Positions 19,967 to 33,300 are shown, counted from the first letter of the whole stretch. The stretch is 63,528 bases of DNA, filler included, from Aduncisulcus paluster (GCA_024181965.1; 5 parts of 5 records of this genome joined end to end with filler, not necessarily neighbours in it), one strand, 5' to 3'. Made by a program: numbers and translations. Notes: a model not told the origin generated them from the letters alone.

Positions 19967-21058
19967 ATGAGTTCTTCGACCGATATACAAATTGTAGAAC
20001 CCGAGTTTATTCATAAAGGATATATTAATTGCTCTCCAATTCCTGGAGATGCCCCGAATATTAAGAGTTCAGAGATTTCAAGTATCACAGCTATAGATGG
20101 AACGCAGGAAGAAGATGACGGAGAGTACGATCAAAGTGTAAAAGCACAAAAGATGATGAGAGGAGAGTTTAATAATGGATCGTTTACCCATATCTCCATT
20201 CCATTCTCTTCATCTTCTCAAATGAAAGGGGCTTATGTCTGTCTAACAAGCTATTCTTCACCTCCATTACACCTTATCTTTACTCTCACATCTTCAAAGG
20301 GTGAGAAAACATCAAAGAAATACAAATTTCCTGGATTTATATTTGATCGTTGGTATTTCCTTCCTGTTGATCTCCCTGATGTTGTTCTGTGTGAGATTAC
20401 AGGGAAAGGAAGAGAGAAAGAGTGTTTTTGTATCAAATCCCTTGTTTTCATTCGGGAAGAAACTTTTGAAGAAACCTTATCTCGTGAAGCCAGAGAGAAA
20501 CTATGGTCTGAAGCTCCTGTTGTGAAAGTGGAGTTTGTTACGGAAGAAGATGAAGAATCTGATGGTAGAGCTTCAATTCCCATTCTACGAAATGATCCAA
20601 AGCTTTTAGCTCCTTCATTCTCAATGGTTAAGTGCAAGGATGATGTGTATTCTAAGGAATCCGAGGAGTATGATCAGAGTTCAGAATCACAAAGAATGTT
20701 AAAAGGGGATGATTATGTTCAATTATCCCATCTTTCCATTCCTTTCCCATCACCTAGTCCTTTGAAAGGTGCTTATATCTGTGTGAGTGAGTATGGCAGT
20801 TCACCCTCTCTTCTCTTCACTTTCACTGATTGTGATGGTAAGAAGACAGTCAAGAAGTATGAATTCACAAAACCTAAGCATGAATATGAATGGCACTTCC
20901 TTCCTATTGATTTGATGAATGTTGTGTTGTGTGAGATTGAAGGGAAAGGAACATGGTTTCAGAAGAATAGTCGACATTTCTGTATCAACTCCCTTGTATT
21001 TACTATGCCAGAAGAAATTATTGCAGCTGAACGACTATCTCTACTTCCATGGAAATAA
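19967..21058 (+). CDS. Protein made of two tandem copies of the expanded beta-sandwich module
   Basis: Two repeats of EF...PI....P...YDQS..Q.M..G...H.SIPF.S.S..KGAY.C...SP..L.FT.T...G.KT.KKY.F...W.FLP.DL..VVLCEI.GKG...FCI.SLVF. Confidence 0.85.
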   Translation: MSSSTDIQIVEPEFIHKGYINCSPIPGDAPNIKSSEISSITAIDGTQEEDDGEYDQSVKAQKMMRGEFNNGSFTHISIPFSSSSQMKGAYVCLTSYSSPPLHLIFTLTSSKGEKTSKKYKFPGFIFDRWYFLPVDLPDVVLCEITGKGREKECFCIKSLVFIREETFEETLSREAREKLWSEAPVVKVEFVTEEDEESDGRASIPILRNDPKLLAPSFSMVKCKDDVYSKESEEYDQSSESQRMLKGDDYVQLSHLSIPFPSPSPLKGAYICVSEYGSSPSLLFTFTDCDGKKTVKKYEFTKPKHEYEWHFLPIDLMNVVLCEIEGKGTWFQKNSRHFCINSLVFTMPEEIIAAERLSLLPWK

Positions 21059-21199
21059 CCAGTTGTTTGGCAAATGTCTGATATGAATCACATCGTCAAG
21101 ATGCTATCTTCAAGATATTGAAGTTCAACCTTTCAAAGGTTCAGGAAATTCCTGGCCCATGGCTTCTTGATCCTCCTCATCCTTCAACGTAACTTACAG

Positions 21200-21550
21200 T
21201 TGACCGACCTACAAAATGGTCCGTATGGTATGTATTGTTGTAGTGGTCATACCACGGCGGCCGCTCCTGGGATTTATTTCTTGGAAGCGAAAGCACCTAC
21301 TGCCCGTTGTATGTTGTTATGATCAGCGTACATGGGTATGTGCTCTCTGTTAGTGTGACTTCGGTTGCATTAGTCAGGTCCCTACATACCGCAACACAAA
21401 TTTACCGGTGGCGATGGTTTCTTCGGGAAAATCTCCGGGAGATCGTGTTCTCTTGAAGTGAGAGGCATGTACATCTCATTTTATTTGCCATCATCAGGTA
21501 TGAACTGGGGTTTACCTTTGAGGAATAACCTACTGATAGGGGACCTCATT
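21200..21550 (+). ncRNA. Candidate structured non-coding RNA or structured element, family unknown
   Basis: GC-richer island with no ORF and many helices containing G-U pairs on the + strand, two c(UUCG)g loops and a GC-GAAA-GC loop. Confidence 0.4.
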
Positions 21551-21808
21551 GGAAAGCCTTTGTTGAGAAAAATCTAAACAGTTTGAAAAAATATTATTTC
21601 AATGATAACTGATCACAGAATAATATCAAGCATCGAGGAAAAATGATAAAAAATGAAGGATTAAGGACAATCACACACATAAATGATCTGAAATAAACAA
21701 TCAAAACATAAAAAATGAATAAAAAATGATAGATCAAACAAGGCCACAATAGATTACTCTGGAATAATAGGAATTCGGAATTTTCTTATTTCTCTTTTCA
21801 TCGTTTCC

Positions 21809-24800
21809 CTATTTGACTTCAATTCCAAGAACATCAGCGATTACTCTAAGAGTTTTTGTACTTGAAAGCAAGGCAAAGTGGCCAGTGAAAGGAACTTCAA
21901 TTCGCTCTGAAGATATTCCTTGTCCATCGATGCGTGTTCCAACAAGAGGAACCGTCCCATCTCCACTGACATAGGAATACTCATAAGGTAAACGACTGAG
22001 TTCTTGATACTCACTCACAGGGATTGGATATACAACATCCCATGCGGTATCAAGGCCTGTCCCATTGATTTGTTTGAAGATGAAGTCAGGAGGAGCTTCT
22101 TGAAAAGGTCTCGATAACACTGAACTAATCCGTTCCCATAATTTCTTTCTAAACCCAACTAATCCACCAACTCCGTTAACTCTGATCATCAGATCATAAA
22201 TGTGGTTATGAATAGTGTTGGGAAATAGGTCAGGACGATCCCAGGGACCACTCTCAAGCGTCCCAACATCACATGACGTTAAGAAAGCCTTTTGTTTCTT
22301 TCTTGCAAATCTTCCAATCTTCTTGTTCTTTTTCAGTTGATGGGCAACTTCATTGTACAAGTTGTATCCTTTTCGAAGGGTGACAGAACGTTTCTTGGAG
22401 ATAAGATGTGCAGCTATATGTTGGGCCTCTTTGAAATGAAGCAAGTCTTTGGCTAACATTTTGTTGCTAATATATTCACAAATGCCACCGTTTTTGATGT
22501 ATTTGGCCTGTTTCTTTGCAAATTTCGCAGAACTTTTGCTAAATTCACGACCATGGGTCGGTTGGTAAGGAGGTGCCAGCGATAATGATTTCAGTTCGGC
22601 TTGGACATCGGCTTGTTCAATGACTTTAGCTTGAAGAATCTTCTCAAGACTTTGTTTGTGATGTTTGGGTAATAAAGGCGAAGGTGGAAGGAATGCCGAG
22701 GGATCAGAAGAAGAAGAGGAACTCGACTCAGTATCACTGGAAGAAGTTGAAGAGGACATGGACGATTCTTCTTCCTCTTCAGCTTCAGTGGCATTACCAG
22801 AGACACATTCACCAGAGGCCATGTCATCAGGAGAAATGGCAGAGTCATGCTGAGAAATCTCCATTCCATGTAGATCTCCACTGATATCGAGGGGATCGAC
22901 CATGCGTGGGCCCAGACCCTCTTGTTCTTGTCCTTCTTTCCCTTCGTTCACAGTCTCCATGGCGTGTAAAGATTCATCACCATGTAATGGTTCAATAGGA
23001 GCCTCTTCAGTGTTAAAAAGAGTAGAAGGTTTCATTAGACCTTCGCTTTGAGAGATATCTGTGAATTTAAAGTCCATTCGAAGACTGCATCGAGCGGAAG
23101 AAGGATTCTTTTCATTCAAATCATCGTATGAATCACTCGAGACTGGAGTTTCAGCTCTAATAAGCTCCTCTCCTTTCTCTTTCTCTTTCTCTTTTCTTTT
23201 CTCTTCTTTTTTCTCCTTTTCTTTTCCCTTTAGTTTATCCTTATCTTTCCCACTCNNNNNNNNNNNNNNNNNNNNGATCGACCATGCGTGGCCCAGACCC
23301 TCTTGTTCTTGTCCTTCTTTCCCTTCGTTCACAGTCTCCATGGCGTGTAAAGATTCATCACCATGTAATGGTTCAATAGGAGCCTCTTCAGTGTTAAAAA
23401 GAGTAGAAGGTTTCATTAGACCTTCGCTTTGAGAGATATCTGTGAATTTAAAGTCCATTCGAAGACTGCATCGAGCGGAAGAAGGATTCTTTTCATTCAA
23501 ATCATCGTATGAATCACTCGAGACTGGAGTTTCAGCTCTAATAATCTCCTCTCCTTTCTCTTTCTCTTTCTCTTTTCTTTTCTCTTCTTTTTTCTCCTTT
23601 TCTTTTCCCTTTAGTTTATCCTTATCTTTCCCACTCTTCTCCTTTTTCTTATCCCTTCTCTTCTTCTCTTTCTTCCTTTCTCTTTTCATGAGGTTTGTAT
23701 AGCCCGTTGGATCTGGGCCATACATACTGAACCTCTCCCACACCCACCCAAGAACGTGAGCTCCTCCGTCGGTGTCAAACTCTATGACAGTCCCGTGAAT
23801 ATCCCTCTGTTCACCATGAGCAAGTGCGTGAGGAAGTGACATTGAATGGTGTGTTGCTACCTGTGAAGAACCAGAATAAGACGTAACCGGCGATAGAGAA
23901 GAAAAGGATGAAGAGGAAGAGGTGGAGAGATCTCCACGTTTGGGTCGTGGAGGCAATGTGACAACAGACGTTGTTTCTGATTGCTGTTTGGAAGAGAGAG
24001 AAGTCTCAGATGAACATAGTGTTCCCTTTTCGTTTTCAACAACATCAGGCTGGTCATCTGTCAAACAACTTATAGAATGGATCGAAAGTTTGGATCTTCT
24101 AGCAGGTCTTTCACCCGTTGTAAGATCAGAGATAATGCTATTAGAAGATCCAAGAAGAGAACGTGAAGAGGATCCGCTAAGAGCCTCCCTAGCCATACCG
24201 CGTTGAGCAGCATCCCATAGAGTGGTATCAAAACTCTTCTTCTTCTGTCCCCTAAGCAAATGCTTCACTTCCCTCCATGAAAGCGACCTAATCTTTCTCT
24301 TAACATAGACACTGCATGGGTTCTCGCATGGGATAAACGGATTTCCGAACAAGAAATTAATCCCTGGGGCAGTGGCTTCAACATATTTGAAGGATAGATT
24401 GTTGAGAAAATCCATTTTGAATGGATATCCTGACAATGCACCAACCATCGGTGTGCCTCCAGAGCCCATAAATGGAGTTCCAATGCATACGAGCGCACGA
24501 ACATAATCATATGCATGAGGAATGAGTTTGAGATAGTTTCCGACAAGGATACCTCCAAGAGAATGGGCAACAATGGTAACTTTGGAGTTGTTAGCCTTTG
24601 AATAAGCCAACTTAATCCTCTCATCAAGCTGATTGAGAAGCTTTGAATGACTAGGATCCAATCTCCAATCAAAACATGAACCCCATAAGTCAACCCCACT
24701 CTTATAACCAGCAGAACGCAAGAAATTAGCAATGGTACGATATTGCAGACCGACAACTCCCTTAATCAATGGAACAGATTCCATTAGCATTTCAATACCA

Positions 24801-27800
24801 AACAGACCATGATCTCTATAAGGAGCAGACACTTCATAATTAGGATTCAATGGATTATAATCACCGGTTTCTTCGTCATACCGACCCCATAAATATTTTT
24901 CTATAAATAGCGTCGTGTTTCTCACCCTAGGCCACACAATAAACTCATCTCCACTACGTCTATCCTTAGCGGACAAGATAGATCCCGCAGCCCCTGGAAT
25001 AAGGATTACAGGAGAACGAGTTCCACTGGCCTTGACTGAAGAGAATGTTGGTGCGAATACTTCTTTCCTTTCGTCCTCTATTTGTACAGGGGATTCCCTC
25101 CTTGATGTACACTCAGATGGAGTCGAAGAGGAAGAGGAAGAAGAAGTAGAGGAAGAGGAAGAGGAAGAGGGAGAGGGAGAGTGCACAGATGTGCAATCAC
25201 AATCGGATTTAAGTGATCCAATACCTTTGGAAGAAGAGAGCGATTGTGATTGAGATTCAACAGATTGGAATGAAGTTGAAGATTTTGAATTTCCAGACGT
25301 AACAGATTCCTTATCACTGATAATTGGGATCGAGTCATATGTATCGGGATTATCGGAAATGCATGCAAATCCAACAACTCCAGACTTTGTAGCTTGTTTC
25401 TTCTTGATTTTCAAAGGAGGTTTAATATGTAAGTTGGATAAAAATGCAGCAATTCCGGTCTTGGGCTTCTTGATTTTCTCTCCTTGGCCTCTGACTTCAA
25501 ATAGAGTCGACACATCAAGAATAGAAGGATCTCCGGCCCCTCCGGAGATACCATCTTCGTCGTTGTCCTCAGCTGCTTGTTCTTCATCGATCATTGGACC
25601 ATCAGAAGAACCAGGTTTAGTAATAGTGGCTGTGAGCTCTTCACCACAACCACTAATACTCGTCCCATCAACTCCTTGGCTTGAATGTCGCATGATATGA
25701 CTGATAATTGTTGGAGAAGGATACAATGTGTTAAGATGGTGTGTTCCAAATAAACTCACAATGGAAGGTGGACATAACGAATCACTATCATTGGGATGAA
25801 TAAAGAGAGAAGAGGAGGAAGGGATAATACCATCACCATCCACGCTTGAGTGGACATATTTCATGCCAGGAAGGAAAGAAGAATACATCTCGAGTGTGGA
25901 ACTAAATTTAGATATCTGAGAATCTTGCTCTGAGGATCTCCTAAGAGAAGAACAAATCCCATGATCCCCTTCATCTTTCTTCTCACAGTCTATTTTTAGT
26001 TCTTTCTCAATGGAAGAAGAATCATCTCCTCTACAAGCTTCTCTCTCTTCTTCCACGGCAGAAATGGGTAAAGAGTGAAGGATATGTTGATATTCAGATA
26101 GTTTTGTTACATTCGCATTACTACAATAATAGTTGTTCCCTCCGTTTGTGCCATTATTTGTGCCACTTCCACTTCTTTCAGTGGGAATGTGATGTTCCTG
26201 ATCTTGATCTTGGCCATAAGAAGAGGAGGAAGAGGAAGAAGAGGAGGAAGAGGAGGAAGAGGAAGAAGGAGAGAAGTATTTTGACTGGTGTAGAATAGAA
26301 AGATGGAACTCAGAGTCGATTGAAACGGATGAAGACGTTGGAAGGGAAGGGATCGACTCATGATCAGTAGATGAAGTACCATGTGAATCATCACCATATG
26401 AATCGGTAGAATGATTACGATGATCTTTGAGAGATCCATGTGCTTTAGAAGAGGACTTGATCGAGGACTGTGGCTGTCGTGTTGTTTGAGGCAATGGGAT
26501 AGATTCCCGGGTCTTTAGTTCATCCTCCTCTTCCTCTTCCTCTTCCTCTTCCTCTTCATCACTTTGTATCTGTGGTTTCTTCAAAGATGAAGAAGAAGAA
26601 GATGAGGGAATGTCATCTCCAAGTTCATCGATGTGGATTTTCTCTGCTTTTGTGAACAAATCCCACGGGGTAGGAATTCCTGTCCCACCGACAAGTACTG
26701 TATCAAACAAGGAAGAAGGGGGAAGAGGAAGAGAAGAGAGGAGGAGAGCTGAATGAATGGAGGAGAGAGGAAACAGCGAGACGGATGTGGATTTGGCAAG
26801 AGCCGATAACAAAGAAAAGACACTAGACTGGGAAGAAGAAGAGGAGGAAGAAGAGGAAGAGGAAGAAGAAGAGGAGGAAGAAGAGGAGGCATAGTAGTAC
26901 TGCCACTTTGAACTGCACTTGTTTTGGAAGCAAGTTTAGCTGATGTCATGGATACATATGAAATTGATTCATCTTTCTCTTTCTCCTTTTCTTTCTCCTT
27001 TTCTTTCTCTTTCTCTCTTTTCTTTTCATCCTTTTTGTGTTCTTTTTCTTCTCGTTTTCTTTCTTTTTCTTCTTTTTTCCTCTCTTTTTCCTCCTTTTTA
27101 CGTTTTTCTTTCTCCAATTTCTCTCTTTAGGAAGAGAAGAGAGGAGGAGAGCTGAATGAATGGAGGAGAGAGGAAACAGCGAGACGGATGTGGATTTGGC
27201 AAGAGCCGATAACAAAGAAAAGACACTAGACTGGGAAGAAGAAGAGGAGGAAGAAGAGGAAGAGGAAGAAGAAGAGGAGGAAGAAGGTGTGGCCGTAGAT
27301 GTTTTCTTAGTTTCTTCATGNNNNNNNNNNNNNNNNNNNNAGCTGAATGAATGGAGGAGAGAGGAAACAGCGAGACGGATGTGGATTTGGCAAGAGCCGA
27401 TAACAAAGAAAAGACACTAGACTGGGAAGAAGAAGAGGAGGAAGAAGAGGAAGAGGAAGAAGAAGAGGAGGAAGAAGAGGAAGAAGGTGTGGCCGTAGAT
27501 GTTTTCTTAGTTTCTTCATGGACACATTTTTCTTCCTCTTCTTCGGGTGGATAGATTCCCGGGTCTTTAGTTCATCCTCCTCTTCCTCTTCCTCTTCCTC
27601 TTCCTCTTCATCACTTTGTATCTGTGGTTTCTTCAAAGATGAAGAAGAAGAAGATGAGGGAATGTCATCTCCAAGTTCATCGATGTGGATTTTCTCTGCT
27701 TTTGTGAACAAATCCCACGGGGTAGGAATTCCTGTCCCACCGACAAGTACTGTATCAAACAAGGAAGAAGGGGGAAGAGGAAGAGAAGAGAGGAGGAGAG

Positions 27801-30044
27801 CTGAATGAATGGAGGAGAGAGGAAACAGCGAGACGGATGTGGATTTGGCAAGAGCCGATAACAAAGAAAAGACACTAGACTGGGAAGAAGAAGAGGAGGA
27901 AGAAGAGGAAGAGGAAGAAGAAGAGGAGGAAGAAGAGGAAGAAGGTGTGGCCGTAGATGTTTTCTTAGTTTCTTCATGGACACATTTTTCTTCCTCTTCT
28001 TCCTCAGAATCCTTTAGAGCACTGTGGGGAGTAATATCCATTCCACTGACACGATAATGGTACTTTGACCAATGAAAGTGAAGATTTCCAAGAGAATGGA
28101 AAGAAGAAGAAGAAGAAGAGGAAGCGGAAGAGGAAGAAGAAGCGGAAGAGGAGGAGGAGGAGGAAGGGAGACGAGGAGGCATAGTAGTACTGCCACTTTG
28201 AACTGCACTTGTTTTGGAAGCAAGTTTAGCTGATGTCATGGATACATATGAAATTGATTCATCTTTCTCTTTCTCCTTTTCTTTCTCCTTTTCTTTCTCT
28301 TTCTCTCTTTTCTTTTCATCCTTTTTGTGTTCTTTTTCTTCTCGTTTTCTTTCTTTTTCTTCTTTTTTCCTCTCTTTTTCCTCCTTTTTACGTTTTTCTT
28401 TCTCCAATTTCTCTTCTTTCTTTCTCACCTTTTCCAAAGATTTCTGTAATTCTTTCAATTTCTTCCGGCGATCTTTCTCAGATTTCTGGATCAATGTACC
28501 TATAAATAGAGCCACTCTGATGGCAGAAATATCGGAAGGAAGCTGCACTGTTCCAACAATAGAACAGATAGATTCAATATCCATGGAAGACACAGTGTCT
28601 TGTGCAGATAAACTAGATTGAGACGAAGAGGAGCGTTGAGTCGAGATGGGAGCTTCATCTTCTTCTTCTTCTTCGTGGCGTCTTGAGGTGTTAATATGTT
28701 TCCACAGAGTATGCATCAGACGGCGGTTATCAAGACATGGCGAGCGAGCAGACACACGTTTGGTAAGGAAATCCATGCCTCTGGACATCACTAGGCTATG
28801 ATATATCTCCCTTGTCCAGAGATTTGGGAGCATAAAAGGTGTTAAGGGAGATGAAAGGAAGAAACGACGACCTGTCTCAATTTTGATGGCAGGATGGAGC
28901 AAATCAGAACCACAGAGCAAAGAACGAACAATTCCACCACCACATCCTAAAAATGGGGTCGATACTGATACCCAGCGTTCAATCATTCCATTTAATTCAT
29001 GTTGATGGTCATGGGCAAAGTATTTGACGAGTAAACCACCTGTAGAATGAGAAATAATGGTAATTGGACGTTTTAAAGCACTGTATATCTTCTTGATAAG
29101 CATGAATAGTCCCTGAGAAAGACTTTGAGAGGTTGGGGGTAATCTCCAATCATAAACAAATGAAAAGAGGGATTGACCCTCTGCATATCCATAAAACTTG
29201 AGATAATCGCACAATTTTGTAAATACTGAGCACCAGCTATTCTTTTTTTTGTGCCTAGAAAGAGTTATTGCAGGAATTCCGGAATATTGTGAAGAAGCAA
29301 AGATATGATAATTTGAAGGCTCATCAAAATCGTTTTGAATATCTGCCATTTGTGAACAAATCCNNNNNNNNNNNNNNNNNNNNTGAATAGTCCCTGAGAA
29401 AGACTTTGAGAGGTTGGGGGTAATCTCCAATCATAAACAAATGAAAAGAGGGATTGACCCTCTGCATATCCATAAAACTTGAGATAATCGCACAATTTTG
29501 TAAATACTGAGCACCATCTATTCTTTTTTTTGTGCCTAGAAAGAGTTATTGCAGGAATTCCGGAATATTGTGAAGAAGCAAAGATATGATAATTTGAAGG
29601 CTCATCAAAATCGTTTTGAATATCTGCCATTTGTGTATCAACATCGTAAGAGACCATTTTAGACCGACTTTCATGATGTTTTAGCTCTTTTCGATGTTCA
29701 GAATCACCTTTCATATTTTTAATCAAATCTATGCTACTTTCTCGTCTTAAAGAAGAATATCCATCAGAAGATCTCCAATCATCATCTGTTGACGAGATGT
29801 CTTCGTGAGAGGTAACATCGAGAGAGTTTCGATAGGAATGGGCAAGAACGGGGGATAATAATCCATTCTTTCCACGGTAATACCTTGGTTGTTTTGCTTT
29901 TTTAACGAAAAATTTGTTGATGTTTTCATCACAGTGTCTTGTTGGAAAGATAGCCTCTTCCACATTACTGGTAATTACATTAATACTATTTAAAACTGCT
30001 TCAAAGATTCCAGGGACCAAAAGAATTGGTTTGAGTCGTTTCAT
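21809..30044 (-). CDS. Giant double LCAT/PLA2G15-like acyltransferase-phospholipase, fragmented by assembly duplications
   Basis: Domain 1: PILLVPG, YDWR, ISHSTGG, STPFLG, GTGIPTPW, DGDGIIP, HHLNTL. Domain 2: PVILIPGAAGS, FDWR, VAHSLGG, GTPFMG, GTGLDT, GDGTVP, HFALL. ORFs 30044-29384, 29363-27550 and 26812-21809 overlap through duplicated sequence at N gaps. Confidence 0.82.
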
Positions 30045-30392
30045 TAATTTGAAGCTTTACCAAAACGACATGAAAGATGAAATCAAAAAAACTCGCATTT
30101 TTTAATCTTGAACTAAAATACGTTTATCTTCGAATATAATCCGTTTATAATGGTGGTTATCTTGTTTTAATTCTCCAATATACAAAATGATACTCTTCTA
30201 TTGTAAAATGAGGGAGATTCGGAAACTCTTTGTAATTCTTCCCTTCTCATCAAGAAATATCTAATTTGAAATAAAAATTTAGATATATGCGAACATTTAA
30301 TCACACCCCATATCATTTATCATATTCTCTGGTTATAAGAACGTGATTTAAATTCAATGTTGTAATAAAGGCATTATTTTGACAACACCCAG

Positions 30393-33300
30393 ATGTCTTC
30401 AAGACTAGCTGATGTTCTTTCTTCTTATTATGGTCCATTAGGACATGAAGAAGAGGAAAAGGACACTTCTATTGATGGTGGATATTTTGACAGTGCCAAA
30501 CACGTTGATGAATTGCTTTCGACATGTTCCCTTGATAAATTATTAAAGACAAGAGCTACTCTTGAAAATGAATGTGCTTCTTTTGATACTGATCTTCAGC
30601 GTTTTGTCTATGATAATTATACCTGTTTTGTTGAAGCCACTGAGACATTAGCAGACTTAAAATCAAAAGCGAAAAGTATATCTACTGATTTACATACCGT
30701 AAAGGAACAAACTGAAGGAATAATGACTGTTCAAGAGAAGATCCAAAAAACTCTCGCTCCTCGCTTGGATGAAGCTCGGAAACAGCTTAAAATATCTGAA
30801 TTTCTCGATAAACTTGAAGAATATGTCACATTAGGTAATAGAATCGAGGTCGCCGTGGAAGGTGGCTCACTTAGCCTTGCTACAACCCTCTATAAAGAAT
30901 CTAATATCGAATCCGATAAGTCACCCGTCTTGAAAAAAGCATATGATGATGTCGAAAAGGCTGGTTGGAAGCTTAAATCAGCTCTTATATCTCGTTTCCA
31001 GAACCCTAATTCCACAACAGATCAACTTGAGGAGTCCGTTGCTTCATTAAAGATATTAGATCCCCCCCCAACTCTTATCTCTCGTGCTTTTGCCCATTCT
31101 ATCTATCTCAAGAGTTCATCTCTTTCTCACGTTAATTTCTCTGTTGTGACATCTCCAATCTCTCTTATTCGCCACATTCGATCGAAATCCCATGATCTCG
31201 TGAGTAGTATTCATAGAACTATCGAATCTGGAGATCTTGACATTCATAATGTCCACATATCTCGAGCTGTAGTCCATTTATGCAGCGGTTTTGTCAAAAG
31301 TGTTAAGGTCCATGGAAAGCAACGTTTGATAAGCTTATTGTCATCCTCCATGTATGATTCTATCAAAACTTCACGTCGTCTTAGTGTAAACAAAGACACC
31401 GATGGTGCGATTTCCTCTTCCTCCGATGGTCTCTCCGCTAGCAAGGAGGATGAAGCTTCTGGCATTCGTAACAGTGACGACATCAATGTATTTGTATCGC
31501 ATATTATCTCCACTCTTACTTATTTCAACGATGTCCTTCAAGAGCTCAGTGGAAACACTAATGGGGATGATGATGAATCTGAACATATCGATGGGAAATG
31601 GGCTGAATTAATGAAGTTCACAGATGTCATGATATCTTCTTCTTCTTCTTCTCGCAGTGGTGCTCGTGATCCTGGTGGAATTGATTCAACATCTGATATG
31701 GCCATGAATATGATGGCGTCTCTTACGAATACATTGACTCAAATGCTTGAAATGGTGCTTTCTTCCTTCTTCCGAATGAGTGTTCACACAGCGTATTGTG
31801 ATATTAAACTCTATCTTCAGCAGGTGACTAGTAGATTTACTGATATGGTATTTCCTTGTCCAGAATGGAGAACCATGGTCGAATCAATTAAAGCAATGGC
31901 ATCCCAAGACATTAGTCTTGATCAGCATCCCAAAAGGTCATCCATGGAGCAAACTATGTTGGGAATTCCTTCTTCTGCTACCGTTGACTCAAGATCAACA
32001 ACGTCTATTTCTGTGACAGAAAGTTCCTTGGATGTGATTCAGGCTTTGAATGGAGAATTAGAACAAGCTTTATCAACTCTTATTACAAAGCTTATTGCCG
32101 ACCACACAACATCAGTGATGCTAACTTACATGGATACCCTACATAGCCTTGAGAAAACTCAGGTAACTCAGCCAATGCTCACAAAGCTCACTCAGCTAAC
32201 AAATGTCTCTGATTTCATCGACTATCTGTTCGGAAGAATCGAGCGTGAAACGAGACAGGATTCACGTATTAGGACCGATGGTTCTCATTGTGCTTCAGAA
32301 ATACAGCACCATTTATTCTTGTCTCTTCTTGGGTCCGTTATTGTTCAAAATCTGCACAATGGTGGTTGTTTCACTTGCTTCGATACATCAAAGGTTCATC
32401 AGGACTCTTCTGCTTCTGCTCTTTCTGTGATCAGGGAAATGAAAGAAATTACAATGCAAAAAATGAAACAAACGGTATTTTTCCACATTATGGAGGCACA
32501 AAGACTCGTTGCTCGTGCAATGGAAGTATTTGTGCGCACAAATATGCGCCATACCCACTCTATCTCAAGTGCTTTATATTCTATTTTTAGGTCAATGTTC
32601 AGTACATATACATTTCTGAAGATATCAACACAATCCATGTTTGATCGAATTAAAAACACGCTCTCTCTTGAAAACACCTCAATATCAATATCACAACCCT
32701 CTTCCTCTTCTTCCTCTTCTTCTTCCTCTTCTTCCTCTTCTTCCTCCTCCTCAACTTCGACATCTCTCGCTCTATCTGAGAAAAAGGCTTCCCTTGTGTG
32801 GAAGGATTGGATTCCNNNNNNNNNNNNNNNNNNNNGAAGTATTTGTGCGCACAAATATGCGCCATACCCACTCTATCTCAAGTGCTTTATATTCTATTTT
32901 TAGGTCAATGTTCAGTACATATACATTTCTGAAGATATCAACACAATCCATGTTTGATCGAATTAAAAACACGCTCTCTCTTGAAAACACCTCAATATCA
33001 ATATCACAACCCTCTTCCTCTTCTTCCTCTTCTTCTTCCTCTTCTTCCTCTTCTTCCTCCTCCTCAACTTCGACATCTCTCGCTCTATCTGAGAAAAGGC
33101 TTCCCTTGTGTGGAAGGATTGGATTCCAGAGTGGAAAGGGGCTTATGTTCCTCGATGTTTCTCAAGTTCTATTATTGGATTAGGAGAAAGTATGCGGGCA
33201 GAGATACCAGGACAGCGTCTTGATGATGCCAAATTGTGTGATCTTGCCCTCGTTGATTTTGAGATATCTTTCGTGAAAACTTTATCCTTTATTTGCGTGG

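Noticed and set aside
21241..21300. 5S rRNA-like start GGTCATACCAC...GAAGC.AAAGC, or an HDV-like ribozyme
   Set aside because: The 3' half of 5S and its terminal helix are missing, and I could not build HDV P1/P2/P3 pairings.
22894..23636. Apparent internal exon or segment duplications beside 20-N gaps (also ~26500-28410, ~29100-29630, ~32525-33127, ~59190-59985)
   Set aside because: Near-exact copies directly flanking fixed-length gaps are unmerged scaffold overlaps, not biology.
26580..28620. Many overlapping poly-Glu, poly-Leu/Pro and poly-Phe/Ser ORFs
   Set aside because: They are alternate-frame and antisense shadows of GAA/GAG-rich low-complexity coding sequence.
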